DNA from: Lama glama
Lineage: Eukaryota
NCBI GenBank assembly: GCA_028534125.1
Contig: CM052841.1
Location: forward strand, 63,178,001-63,242,000
DNA length: 64,000 nt
Reading direction: 5' to 3'
In this document: positions 12,901 to 25,167 of the stretch, one piece after another
Position numbering within the stretch: position 1 is the stretch's first letter
Layout of the letters: each line of letters opens with the position of its first letter
Notes under the pieces: model-generated
Told to the model about the DNA's origin: nothing
Seen by the model: only the letters and a program-made list of their open reading frames with translations
The model's database searches: none
Position numbers and translations under genes: made by a program

Positions 12901-15094
12901 CCCAGCTGCCCTCCACCATGCGCAGGAAGCCCTGGCACCGGACCTTCCTGGGGAGAAGTGTTCTGAGAAGATTCCCTAGTGATTAGACGCTGAGATCCCA
13001 GCAGGGAGCCAGGGCTCACCTTGGCGGGCAGCTACCCTCAGAGGCTGGTGTACCTATCGCCCCATTTTACAGATGGGAAAACCTTGTCCCTGGGAGGCCA
13101 CACAGCCAGATAAGTAGCAGAGCTGGGTATGGACCTGGGTTTATTTTTGCTCCAAAGACTTGAAGCTTAGCTTCTGCCTCTGGGATGAGAAAAGTCGAGC
13201 CTCTTATCCCCACAGCCCAGGCAGGGAACCACCCAGCCAACAAGAACCCCAGCTGCGACCTACCATTATTACATCCAGTATGTAGCTGAGGGACTGAGGA
13301 GGCACAGAGAGGGGCGCATAGTGAGCCTCAGTCTCACAGGAAATGATTGAGTCAGAGTTTGAACCCTGGGGGCATGAAGGAGTTTGATAGCTTTGGCCAC
13401 AGAGAGCAGTCCTGCCACCACCAGTATCCCCGCCTCGGGCCTAACAACACACAGCTATGGAGCCTGAAAGGGCTTCTCTGTGCCGGGTCGGGGGTGGGGG
13501 GCGCTTAACTGCCAAGAAGGGGCAGTTTTAATGGGCCTCCCCAGGTTGTCAGGTGCACTCAGGCTGGTGGGATGGGATGGGTACCCGGGTACCAGGCAGA
13601 TGCCACCCCAACCCAGAGATTTAAAATTCCTCCCTGGAAAATCAGATAATCAAGGAAGTCGAATACCGTGAAATGAGTGTGATCCTTGCCAGAAACCCAG
13701 AGGGAGCATCGGAGAATCATCGCGTGGCAAGCGCAGGAGTGCGACCTGCCCTCTCTCCTTCAGACGGGGAAACTGAGGCCCAGAGCACAGCAGGGAGCGC
13801 CTTGTCCAGCGTTTAGTGAAGGCCTCCCACGTGGCAGGCTCTGTGTTGGGGGCCTGTTCAGTCCCTGTGCTCCTGGAGCTCCGGTTCTGCTGAGAATAGT
13901 CCTTTGTGCACCGGTAACATTACCATTGTTCAATTTGGATCCAGGAGGGCTTCCCCAAGGAGGAGAAATTGAAGCTGAGACCTGATGTTAAATAGGAGTC
14001 AATGGAGCTAGAGGGAAGAGCATTTCAGGCAGAGGGGAAAGCAAGTGCAAAGGCCCTGGGGGCATGAAGCGGTTTGGCTTAGGAGCTTAATGAAACCAGA
14101 AGCCTGCTGCAGAGGAGGGGAGCCTGGGAGAGGGCAGAAAAGTGTGGGTCTCTGGGGCTTGGAGAAGCCTGCCTGGGCCAGGTCAGTGCTGAGGCGGGGG
14201 AGAGGAGGCGGGGGCAGCAGGGAATGAAAGTTGGCAACCACCTCAGTAGCACGCCAGGACTTCAAACCTCAGGAGAACCCTGGCTGGGAGCAGGACTGAG
14301 AAGGGAGCTGTCTCCAGTCCTGTTCTAAACCCAGCTCTGTTGAGCTACTAAAAGAAAAAAGAGGGAGATCAAAAGGGAAAATTTGCAAGTTAGATTTATC
14401 CTCAATTCTATTAAACCACCAAAAGCTGTTGGAAATAGTATTAGGGTCTTAACTCTGCAAACGCTGAAAATCCCAGCCTGGAAGGCCCATGGAGGCCCGA
14501 CCCTGTCCTCCCTGCACTGGGGAAGGAGGGAGGGGCCGCACGAGGCCGAGGCCGGGATTGGGCAGCCTGGCCTGGGCTGGGGGCTTAGCCAATGTGCAAA
14601 CTGAGTGGGACCAGTGGCTCCCCCAGACGTGGTTTGGGCTTCTCGGAAGTGTGCTGTGTAAGGGGTTGAGCAGTTTCTCCCCTAAGATGCACAGGCGCTT
14701 GTGGGCATGAGCAAGTCTTCGCCTTGTTTGTGGATGGGGGCGGGGAGGGGGGAGAAGGGAGAGGGAGGAAGAGGAGTAGAGAAAAGGGAGGGAGGCAGAG
14801 GGAAGGAAGAAGGACACAGAAAGGAGAGGGAGATGGAGGGAGGAGGAGCCTGGGCTAGACGGTGTCTGCACTTCGCTTCCTTCACTCCCAGTAACCTCAG
14901 CTCCCCAGATGGCGCCCCCACACTAGCCCTGAGCCAGGGGAGTCTCCAGGTGGGTCTTATCTGATTCTCACAAGGGCTGGCCCCCAGTCACCAAGCTTAG
15001 CCAGACCTAGGGGTCCTCCTTGCCCCACCCCCAGGGCCTAACCCTCAGTTTACTAAGGGGCCAGACACCGAGCCTGTGCACACATGCTAGGTTA

Positions 15095-15285
15095 AGAGTA
15101 GAGACTGGGCTGCACTGGCGGGGCTTCCATCACTCAGCCACTTACCAGCTATGTGACCTTGGGTGAGTGACCCAAGCTGTCTGTGCCTCAATTATGGGGC
15201 ATAAAGGAATTGCTCTGAGAAACCACACACCACAGCCCTGGAAACACAGTAAGTGCTCAGTTTTAGCTACTAAGATTATTATTTA
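15095..15285 (+). mobile_element. MIR SINE
   Basis: ccacttaccagctatgtgaccttgggtgagtgacc...ctgtgcctca...cacagtaagtgctcag. Confidence 0.7.
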
Positions 15286-18200
15286 TTATTCCAAAAAGGC
15301 TGACTGTGGGATTCCTTCAGGAACAGGCTGTAAACTGGAGGGAGGGGTCTGTGGATGGGCCTCAGAAGGTTCTAGAAGCTCCTAGAATTGACTGCAAAGC
15401 TTGGTGTGCTGGTACATTTTTCTGGACAGATAAAGTACTTAGCTTTTGTCCAAAGGCCTCATGACCCCCCAAAGTTGAGCCTCCTTGTGCCAGCATGGAC
15501 GGCACCTCCAGTGCTTGGAGGTCTTCACACAGCTTCTGAGGGGCTGCCTGTTGCCTGCCCCTGCTTGACCAGGGCAGACCCACCACAGACACCCACACTT
15601 TGGGGGGCCACATGTGCTCAGGGACAATGAGCACCCAACTCTAGGGGAATTATTTTTAAGGCGGAGTCAAGGCTGCACGATGCATCCAAACCAGCTCCCT
15701 TCTCTGGGATGGGGAGGCATCAAAACAGATTTCAAAGGCGAGCCTTGAATAAACAAAACACAATAAAAATAACGCTTCGAACCCAAATGTTGAATCGCTG
15801 CCCCAGGCACATGCAGCCAGCTGACGCCAGCCCTCTCTGGCGACAGGCACAGGCTGCCCGGGGGCGCGTGCCAGGAACCTCGGTGCAGCTGGGGCCTGGG
15901 GGCCCAGGCACCCACACCTGCCCCAGCCCCCAGCAGGCCACCTGGCCCGGCCCCGCCCTCCAGGCCTGGCTGGGACTCCTGCCAGCTCCATCCTGGTGGC
16001 TGTCGGGTTGGAAGGGTCCTTTGGCCAATTCTCACCTGCTGAAGTTGGAGCTGCCCCATTTGGCATCGGGAGGTTGTCAGTATATGGCAGGGGGCAGCTC
16101 CCTCTCCCCGGGAAATGTGAACCTGTTCTGGGAGGCAGTGTAGCTTTGCTGATTCCAACCTTTGTTCAGCTGTGTGACCCTAGGATGGTGCCTGCACCTC
16201 TCTGAGCCTCACGTAGAAATGCGGATCATCCCCGTACCTCCTTCACAGCACAGAGCTTTGGCTCCCTCCACAGCAGTCCTTGCAATTAGGACAGGAGAGA
16301 GGCTGTCAGGGAGGCCTGGGTGCGCATGAGCACGTGGAAGGACCAACAGCCTCTCTGCCAAGGCCAGGAGCCGTGCGTGGGCCACCAGAACACCCACACT
16401 TGCTGTGACACTCTGGGTCCCCGTTTCTCCATCTATGCAATTAAATGACCTTGAAAGAGCCTTCTGTGATTTCCCAGTTAGGCTGTCAAGTGGGAACACT
16501 AAGAGCAGGAAGTGTGTGCAATACAGGACGTGTATAAAATCGACATCCCACACACACAAAAATCAGCATCACAATGCAAAAATACACACTCGTACGCACT
16601 TCCGTGCATGGCACAGAATAACTCTGGAAGGTGCCCAGGGAACAGGTTACCTAGTGGGCGGGACCAGGGCCGGTGGGGGACGACTGGGCGGGGCTTTCTC
16701 CTCTCTGGTTTCCGGAGGCGTGTGCCTACTGATGCTGCACACTCACGTTATCTAGTCCAAACAGACACACGGGGGTATTTGTAAGGTCCCCTTGGAGCTT
16801 TGCTGCTCCTGACCTCCTGTGTGATGCTGACCCAGCTCCCAGGGAGCTGCCCTGTGGGATCTGGGGACCCGTGACAGGATGTGGGATCAGGACAAAGCCC
16901 AGGCCTAGGCCAATCTGTTACTTACTGCCTCCTCCAAGAAGCCTCCCGGACTGCCTGCCAGCCCTCCCTTACAGCCCCGCCCAGCATTTGCCACAGTTTA
17001 ATAGCTGTGTCCAGGCCCAGCTACACAGCTTGCAAGGGCCCAGGGCAAAATGAAAACATAGGTCCCTTTGCGCGAAACTGATTCAGAATCTCGATGGGAG
17101 CCACAGAGATTTAAGCCGAGTAGAGGGCTTTCCTGGGCGAGGCCCCGTGTGACTGACCGCAGGGGTCACACACCTGTGAGGCCAGCCCCATCCCTATCTC
17201 TCTGACCAAGGTGTGGGCTCCCTGAGGCAGAGTGCTGACAGTCTTGTTCGCCGAGCCTGGTACACAGTAGGTGCTCAATAAATGTGTCTGTGACTGATTG
17301 CAGGAGAAGGAATGGAACTAAGGTAGGGGTAGAGTTTACCATAGGTAGGCAGCCTGTGGACACTGGCTCCAGCCCTGCCCCCCTGGGCCTTGCCCTCTGA
17401 ACTGGAGGAAATTTGGGCCAGCTTTCTGGAGGAGGAAACCCCTGCCTCAGAGGAAGTAGACACCCTGTGCTCCTCTGTACACCTGCCTGTCCTTCTTTCA
17501 TCACAGCTTATTATCACTGATGTCTTATCTGCAGCTCAGCTGTGTGACCTTGGGAAAGTGACTTAACCTTTCTGTGCCCTGGTTTCTTCACATCTATAAT
17601 GTGGAGCTAAGGGCCTGCCTACCTCACAGAGCTGTGCCCTCCTGTGTAGATAAGTAAGCTTGGAGCATGACTACCTTTGGACAAGTGTCTGCATGAGGAC
17701 CTGCTCGTAGCCTTAGTCACTATGCCTCTGTGACTCCCGGCTGGACTCTGAGCTCCAGGAGGTCAGGACCCGGGTCTGTCGTGCTCATGTGGGTTCCTGT
17801 CGCCCTCGTTAACACTACAAGCTGGCTATGAACTGTTAGAAGGTACGCAGGGCCAGTCCCAGCCTGGGGAGGCATCTTCCCCAGGAGAGCACAGGCTGGG
17901 TCTCGGACTGCCTGGGCCAGCAGGTTCCTGGGAGAAGATTCTTTGGGGTTTGCTGGGCTCTGCAGCTGGGAGAGCTGGAAGTCAGCCCAGAGCCCAGACG
18001 GGGGCTCCCCGGGAGCTTGCGGGCGTCACCACAATCCCCAGGGCTGCCAGGTGCAGACAATAAACCCGGGAAACCCTGGCGGGTGAGTCATTAAGGGTCC
18101 CCAAGGCCTCATGATGGGAGACAGCAGATGAGCGGCCCCTGGCTCTTTGGGTCCAAGTGCCACTATTCAGGAGGGTTCCAGAGCCCAATTTGCTGGGTCC

Positions 18201-18580
18201 AACCAAACTCTGCTTCTGGCTCGGGCCCCGCCCAGCATCCGAGGCTGGCTCTGATGAGCCCAAATGGCACAGTGAACACAGTGTCTCCACTTTGCTAAGG
18301 CTGTTTACAGGGAAGTGTTGAGGCTTGTGGGGCTGCCTGGAGGTGGCAGCATGTGTTGTCTCCATGGAGGAGTTTAATGGTCTTTGGCAGGAGCCCCCGG
18401 AAGGTGCAGCCCATCTATCACTCAGGGCATATTTGGGAGGGAGTGACAACAGGACCCCAAAAGGCAGAAATGTCAGGGAAAGGGAGGCCATGGTGGGGGA
18501 GGGGGAACTTAGATAACCGGTACAAAGGCCGAGGGCGTGGAATGAGCAGGGGGCATCCCCTCTCATGGCTAGGGCACAAG

Positions 18581-18611
18581 GTGTGTGTGTGTGAGTGTGT
18601 GTGTGTGTGTG
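18581..18611. repeat. (TG)n microsatellite
   Basis: Seen directly in the sequence. Confidence 0.95.
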
Positions 18612-20351
18612 TTCTGGGCTAGGGGAACACTGGCCTCTCCCCCTGCCGAGTCAACAGCCCCCCTGGGCCCCTTGGCTCCCCCTGCCCGTGCTGAGAATCA
18701 TGGCAGCAGCCTTGCTGCGGGGACTGTAACAGTCACCCCCCTTCCTGGGCTCCTGTTCCCGTCTGGGTCTAACAACAACCTCACCTCACTGTCATCCTAG
18801 GCCCAGGTGTCCACCCCATGCCCCGAAAACTGGGTTAGCCCCCCATCCCAGAGCCGGGTCTCCCATCAGAGCACTTATCACTGTGAATTGCCCATTTGAG
18901 TCCATCCATGTCCCCCACCAGACTGTAGCCTCCTGAGGGCAGGGTGGTGCCCACCGTGCGCCCAGGGCCCAGCATGTGTGTGGCACACAGTAGGTGCTCA
19001 AGCAACTGCCTGCAGAATGAAAGTGAATGAGCCACCAGGGCAGCTCATGTTCCTGGAGCCCCGTGCAGGGCTGGCTTGCTCCGGTTACCCATCGCCATCG
19101 GGCCTCCGGCCCCCTCTCAGGCCAGGGCCTGGACTAGCATTGGGGCTGCCTTTCCCGCTCCCCAGGGGTCCAGCCCCGCCCTCTGAGGAATTCTGGAGGC
19201 TTCTGGCTCACAAGACCCTTTGCTCCTGTCCTTTTCTGTGCCAGTCTCCACATCTTCCCCGAATACACTTCTCTCCCTCCCAGACCCTGCCCTGGTTCTC
19301 CCTGCTTCCAAGGTGCCCCAGGTGGGGGGTGGGGGCAGGGGATGGGGCAGGAAGCATCTTCCAGGCCACTCTGCTTGCCCTGAGGAGGGGGAGCCCCAGG
19401 GTTGTCTGTTGGTGTCTCTTCCTGCTGAATTTGAATCCTGACTCCAACACTTGAAAATTAAGTGACACTGAAAAAGAAATGAACCTCTCTGGGCCTCGGT
19501 TTCCCAACAGTGAATGGCTGTTCTTCTGAGAGAATGCCTCTGTGTATGGCTGAAGGCTGGGCCCTGGCCTAGGACACGTGTGGATCTGGTCCCAGCTCCT
19601 GCGGTTGCCACAGTCTGGGCGAGAGCCCCTAGCTTCTCTGGGCCTCAGTCTCCCCTGCAGAGGGACTAAAGAGATGCCCTTATAGGTGGAGAGGCCCTAA
19701 GAGATGGGGGAGCACTCAAGAGAAAAGAGCAGTGAATTTCTCCCTCTCCCATTACTTCCTTTTGTCCTGAATGGGAGTCATTCCTCCCTCTCCGCCACCC
19801 CAAACCAAACCCAACTCCCACTGCTCCCCACCCTGGTTTGGCACAAGTCTGCCCAAGGGCCAGGGTGGGATGGGGGTGGGGGTGGGGGTGAAATGGGGTG
19901 GGGGTTACCATTGCTCAGAATGAGAAGGCAGGCAAGAAGTGGAAGAGACCCGTGGCGGGGTACACTTGCCTTGCTCCCCAGAGATTCAGGGGGTCTGGGA
20001 CTGTGGGGAGCAAACGCTGGGGCAACCATCTCCAGCCACAGCCACTTCCTCGGCCTTCCAGCTGCACTGCTCCCAGGAGCCCAGGAGGGACAGGCCACCT
20101 ACCAGCCCTGAGTGGAAATGTTCCAGCAAAAAGGACCCTGCTGGGGACCCTGGGGAGGGGTCCAGGCGCTCCCTGCAGCTCTCCCTCCCACCCCTCCCTC
20201 CCTCTGTCCCCCATGTTCAAGTTCAAGCTCTGCCTGCTGGGAGCAGGGGCACGTTGGAAAGATCTATAGACGGGATGGGGGTTGCCTCTGAGCCAACAAG
20301 TGGACCCGGAATGGGGAGGCTGGGGTCGCTAGGAGACCCTAACAGTGGGAG

Positions 20352-20596
20352 GGTATGTGTGCGTCCTCTGTGAGTATGTGCTGTTTCTAAGTGTTGTGGT
20401 GTGGGTCTCTGTACGCGTGTGGGTGTTTGTGGTGCGTGTGTAGGGGGTGTCTGGGGGCTTGTGTCTGTGGCGCATCTTTACATGGTGTGCATCTGTGTGC
20501 TGTGTGTTTCTCCGGTCTGTGTGGTGTGTTGGGTGTGTGCGTGCGTGGTGTGTGTCTGACTTGTGTGTGTGATGTGTGTGTGTGTGTGTGTGTGCG
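20352..20596. repeat. Degenerate (TG)n / GT-rich simple repeat
   Basis: Seen directly. It ends in a pure (TG)n run that leads into cgcg. Confidence 0.9.
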
Positions 20597-21420
20597 CGGG
20601 GCGCGTCACCGGGGGCCTGTCTGCGGCTGTCCCTGTGTGTCCGTGTGTTTCCGCTGTGAGTGGCGGAGGGGAGGCTCGGAGCTGCTGCTCAGGGTCCTCT
20701 TGACACAGAATCCATGTTTGTCAAGGAGGAAGAGAGGGACCAGAGGGAGGAGAAGGAGAGGACGGGGAGAGGCGAGAAGAAATGAAGGGCGGGGGCGGGG
20801 ACGAGGGGGGCGATGCGAGCGGAAGGAAGGCTGGTGAGAGGGGCGGCTGGCAGGGGAGGGGTCCCCGAGAAGCCGGGGTGCCGGACCCACGTGGCGGCCC
20901 GCGGAGTCGCGACCCCGACCCCGACCCCGCCGGCCGGGAAGTGCAGGGACGCTGTGGGGCCGCGCCCCGGCCGTCCTGCCTTGGGGTCCCAGATGCCGCA
21001 GGGTGCCCGCCCCCCCATCCCCGCCCTGTGCCTTGCACGCGGGACTCCATTCCCAGTGCTCGTGGCTGACGGCGCTGTCGCAAGCTTAGTAGTTTTTTGG
21101 TTTAACAACAACAAAAAGGCGAGAAAGAGAAATTAGGGGCTGGGGGAGGCACGACCCATCCTCGCGCGGTCCGGCCTCGAACTCGGGTAGGTGGAAGGAG
21201 GCCGCGCGGCGCGGGGAGGGAGGCGCGAGGGCGGCGCGAGGGGAAAAGTTTCCGACCCTTCAGCAAGAGGCGGAGAAGTTTCAGCCGCGCCGGGCGGCGC
21301 CAAAGCCAGGCCAACACTGCCCCCGTGTGGGCGCAGCGCGGCGCTGCAGCCGGTGGCCAGCTTGGGGTGGCCGCGGCCTTGCCAGGGAAACTGAGGCTCG
21401 GAGAGGGCGACATGGGCTGT
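20590..21420. promoter_or_regulatory. CpG island; candidate upstream promoter (possibly an alternative NTMT1 TSS)
   Basis: Dense CpG/GC boxes, with + strand donors CTG|GTGAGA (20834) and CGG|GTAGGT (21187). Confidence 0.6.
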
Positions 21421-22646
21421 GCAAGGCCAAGGGGAGGAGGTGCAGTAGAATCAGGCCTCCTCTGGGACCCACAGACTTTTCAGGAAATAGAAATACTGGG
21501 GAGGAGGGGTAGTGAAAGTTGAGAAATGAGATGGAGGGAAGAGGTCATCCCAGGGTTTGGAATCCCACCACAGTCCCCAGTGAAGAGGGGTGGCAACACA
21601 GCCCCATCCCACTCCCCTGTGGCCTTTCTTTTGGAGCCAGAGCACCCCTTCAAAACAGGCCTCCCCCCTTCACAACGCGTCTTGGCCCTAAAATCCCCAC
21701 TGCCTGTCCAGCCCAATCCCAGCCATCCCTTAACACAGCGTTTGGCTGTGGATTCCGTGTCTGTTTTCTCGCTGGCCAGGAGGTGGCGATAAAGAACTCG
21801 ATCCGGGGTTTGGCCAGGGGTTGGTGCCCAAGCGCTGCTTCAAGGAGAGAGGGGAAGGAGCTCAAACTTTGCCCAGCAGTTGGAATGCAGATGTGTGGCA
21901 GGGCCTAACCTGGCAGACAGGCGAAGCGGGGTGGCACTGCTGGGCCAGTGCAGCGGTCAGATAACCCCCAAGGCAGTTCCCACCACCTTGTCCTTCACCG
22001 CCTCCTATGTGGCTCAGCACTTTGCTGCTTTGCTAGATCAGCCAGGGCCCGCCTTCTGTGGAGGTGTGATCGTCTGGAGCTTCTTGGGCACCTCCTCAGC
22101 CGGACCCCTAAGGTCTGCCTTCATGGATATTGGGAAAGGATGCTCCTGGTGCCTTCCTACCTCTTCCTGCCACTAAGAGAGAAACATCTGGCCTCTGCCC
22201 ACCCAGATGTTTGCCCTCCAGGGACCAGATGGTGAGAACCTGACCTGGGGAACACATAAGACAAATGTCTGCCTCCTCACCTCATAGAGGTGGTCAGCAG
22301 ACAGCCTTTGGCTCCAGTCAAAGATGGAAGCTGGGGTCAGGGAAGGGGGAGTGGTCAGGGCAGGTACCTGTTTCAGGTGTGGGCTGATCTAGGTTGACAG
22401 AGGCTTGGTCCCAAGTTTGAGGTATGTGGCAGTCTCCACCTCCCAGAAGAGGGGCTCACTTGGAACAAGCCTGACCCTTGAAGACACCTTGCCCCCAGCC
22501 CTCAGCCCCATCCCAGCTGTGACTCCACCCCCTCCCTCCCCCTTGGTCCAGGACTCCTGCCCCATCCCTCAAGACCAGCAGCCAAGCACCTGGAGAAGCC
22601 TGTATGGTGAGACCTGGCAGCAGGTTCCAGCCACCTGGGACGTGTG

Positions 22647-22652
22647 TTTATT
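22647..22652 (-). terminator. C9orf50 polyadenylation signal AATAAA
   Basis: TTTATT on the + strand, about 70 nt past the C9orf50 stop codon. Confidence 0.75.
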
Positions 22653-22722
22653 TGCAGGGCAGGGAAATCCTCTCCTCACTCCCGGCCCATGTCCACGCCT
22701 GGGCTTGGGTTCCAGTGGCCAT

Positions 22723-22830
22723 TTATCTCTGAGCACGATGAGATGTTGCGGAAGGCAGGAGGAGCTGGTACCCCTTAGGGTGGCCTCGTTTCAGGACAGT
22801 GTGCAACACCAGGCTGGGCAGGAAGGACTC
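22723..22830 (-). CDS. C9orf50: C9orf50 orthologue exon 7 (ESFLPSLVLHTVLKRGHPKGYQLLLPSATSHRAQR*)
   Basis: Acceptor ctcactctag, phase 0, TAA stop. Matches the recalled human C-terminus ESLLPNRVLQSVLKQGRPKGYHLLLASA. Confidence 0.85.
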   Translation of the reverse strand, partial: ESFLPSLVLHTVLKRGHPKGYQLLLPSATSHRAQR

Positions 22831-23158
22831 CTAGAGTGAGAATGAGGACCAGCTGGGTGATGCAGGGGGCCTCTGGACAGGAGATGGGGTTCCCTGGGCC
22901 CATAGGGATTCTACACTGCAGCCCGGGGAGGCAAATCACTGCAGTCAGCCCCATTTTACAGATTCGGAAACTGATATGCAAAAAGACCCCACTGTTTGCA
23001 AGTAAGGAGCTGGGATCTGAACCCAGGCAGCCCAGCCCTACAGTCCACCCCTGAGCTGAGCACACAGTGGGGTTTACCCAGAGCCCTGGGCCACCCCACT
23101 GGGCACCCACCACTGGGCAAGGGGAGCTCCTGGTGGCCAGCTGCCAGCAGTTGCTTAC

Positions 23159-23315
23159 CAGCTTCTGGCTCCAGGAACAGGGCGATTTGCCCACCTGCTC
23201 CAGGAAGGTTTTGAGGTCCCCCCGCTGCCTCGGGATGGTGGCCCTAGGGATGAAGGGCAGGCTGCTGTTCATGGAGGTGTCCTCAGAGAGGTGGCCCTTC
23301 GGCTCCTGGGTGGAC
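23159..23315 (-). CDS. C9orf50: C9orf50 exon 6 (STQEPKGHLSEDTSMNSSLPF...KTFLEQ[VGKSPCSWSQKL]); alternative end at 23195
   Basis: Acceptor ccccctcag. Two in-frame donors: CAG|GTGGGC (23195) and CTG|GTAAGC (23159). The LSEDTSMNSSLPF motif matches human. Confidence 0.8.
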
Positions 23316-23468
23316 CTGAGGGGGACAGGAGCTCATGAGCTGCTGGGACCCTGAGTCCCAGGTCCACCCACGGCTGGCAGGGCCCTCAAGGACCCAGACC
23401 ACTGCTGGACAGGGGGGTTTACAGTGTGGGGAGATGCATGAATCCTGTCCCCTTCCCCAAAGCCTCAC

Positions 23469-23637
23469 AGGCCAGGGAAGTCCCAGGTGAATGAGTTGTC
23501 CATGGTCTCCTCCTTGGCCCCGGGGTACAGGGCTTTGGGCAAACTCTCCAGCCATCTCCCGACACTCCCTAACACCTGCTCCGATGCCGCTGACCCTGAC
23601 CGGTTGGCTGTCCTGTTCTCGGTGACACCCTGCTGTG
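23469..23637 (-). CDS. C9orf50: C9orf50 exon 5 (AQQGVTENR...GSVGRWLESLPKALYPGAKEET...WDFPGL)
   Basis: ctcctccag acceptor, CT|GTGAGG donor, phase 1->2. LESLPKALYPGAKEET matches human. Confidence 0.9.
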
Positions 23638-25167
23638 CTGGAGGAGAGAGGGCCACTGTGAGTTCTCTACCCAGGTTGGGGCGCCCCCTCTACTCTCCCC
23701 TCCTCCCTCTGGCAGGCAAGACTGGGCAAAGCCCCATCTCCATGGCAACCCAAGGCTCCCTAGTGCCTTCTGGCTGCCTCTAGTGAAGGCTGGGGTTTTA
23801 AAACTATCCTGCATGACTGTCTCCGCCTTTATTACCCAAGCTGTGCCCCCGCCCCCCCCACACCCACTCCTGCTCCAGCCCCAAATGGGCTCCCTTTCCC
23901 TCAGTGGGAAGGCCAATCACTCCACCCGGAAATCTAAGAGACAATGCTGAGAATCCTATGTAGATAGAAAGGGTGACTGGGGCTGGGAACCCTTCGTGTC
24001 CAAGTGCTGCCCCTCCAGCTGGCCAGGAACCCCAAATTCCCCAGGTGGAAAGGACTGAGAAGCAGCCGTCCCAGCCCCGTGCTGGTGCCCTGGGCTATAA
24101 CCCAGCCCCTGTACCCAGTCTCCCATGCTACCCAAATGCCATTTGCAAGCAACTTTCTCCAGTGCCCCCTTTCCTTGGATCCCCAGGGGTGGCCCGGGGA
24201 TGCTGTGGCTTCTTTCTTGGTTGCTGTGTCATCTGCTCTCAGGGCCTTGGCTTCCCCATCGAACAACTAGAAGCTGGGCACAACTGCAGCCTGCACCTCC
24301 CACTTCCTGCGGCCCGAAGGGGGCTGGGTCGGGCCAAGGGCCTGGATTTTGAGGGCTTTACCCCCAGGGAGGCTTTGGGGCAGCCATTCCCTGAAAGTGC
24401 ACACAGTTGGTGCTTAATAAATAGATGTGGCTGTTGGACTCCTGAGAAGAAAAGGGACCGAGCAGCTGGGGAAAGGGGCCCTGGTAAAGGTCACACCAGA
24501 GTAAGGACAGGTATTCCTCTGGCCTGCCTCTCCACGGCCACTTCAGAAAACACTGGAAGCCCTGCCAAAACGGACACTATCGTATCTGTCCCCAAAGAGC
24601 CGAGAGCCAGGTTCTGCCTGAGACCCTGGGCCCGGTGGTTAGTTCCCAGCTGCTTGTCTGGACCAGGCAGTGTCGGCCTTCCGTAGAGGTGTGATCTTCT
24701 GGAACTTTCTGGGCACCTTCTCAGCTAGGCCCTGGAGGCCTGCCTTCATGGATGTGGGAAAAAGATGCTTCTGGTGGCTTCCTACCTCCTCCAGCCCCTG
24801 GAGGCCATGTTCGGGGCCAGATGAGGGGTCTGCAGGCTGCGGTGCTGGTTCCAAGGTGGGCGGACAGGGCATGTGGGAACCCTTGGCAGCAAGAAGTCCT
24901 TCCGTGGTGGCCAGGCCTGGGCAGCCACTGTTCTCCCTGGTGCCACCCACCTTGGGACACCTCTGTTGGACCTCAGACCCTCTACTTAGTCCTTGAAGGT
25001 CACCTTAACAGCTTCTGTTAAAAGGCCAGTTCAGATGTCCCCTCTGCAGGGTCAGTGGCCTCTTGGCCTTTGCAGGCCAGCCCCTAACTCCCAGGACCCA
25101 GGTCCATGGCCTCTGCTGTCCAGGCTGGAACTTTCTGGAGTCCAGGGCTCCCATCCTGTCTGTTCAC

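Noticed and set aside
22055-22110. + strand peptide GGVIVWSFLGTSSAGPL faintly resembles the Tc1 transposase GGSVMVWG motif
   Set aside because: The match is too short, with no TIRs or DDE context, and is probably chance.
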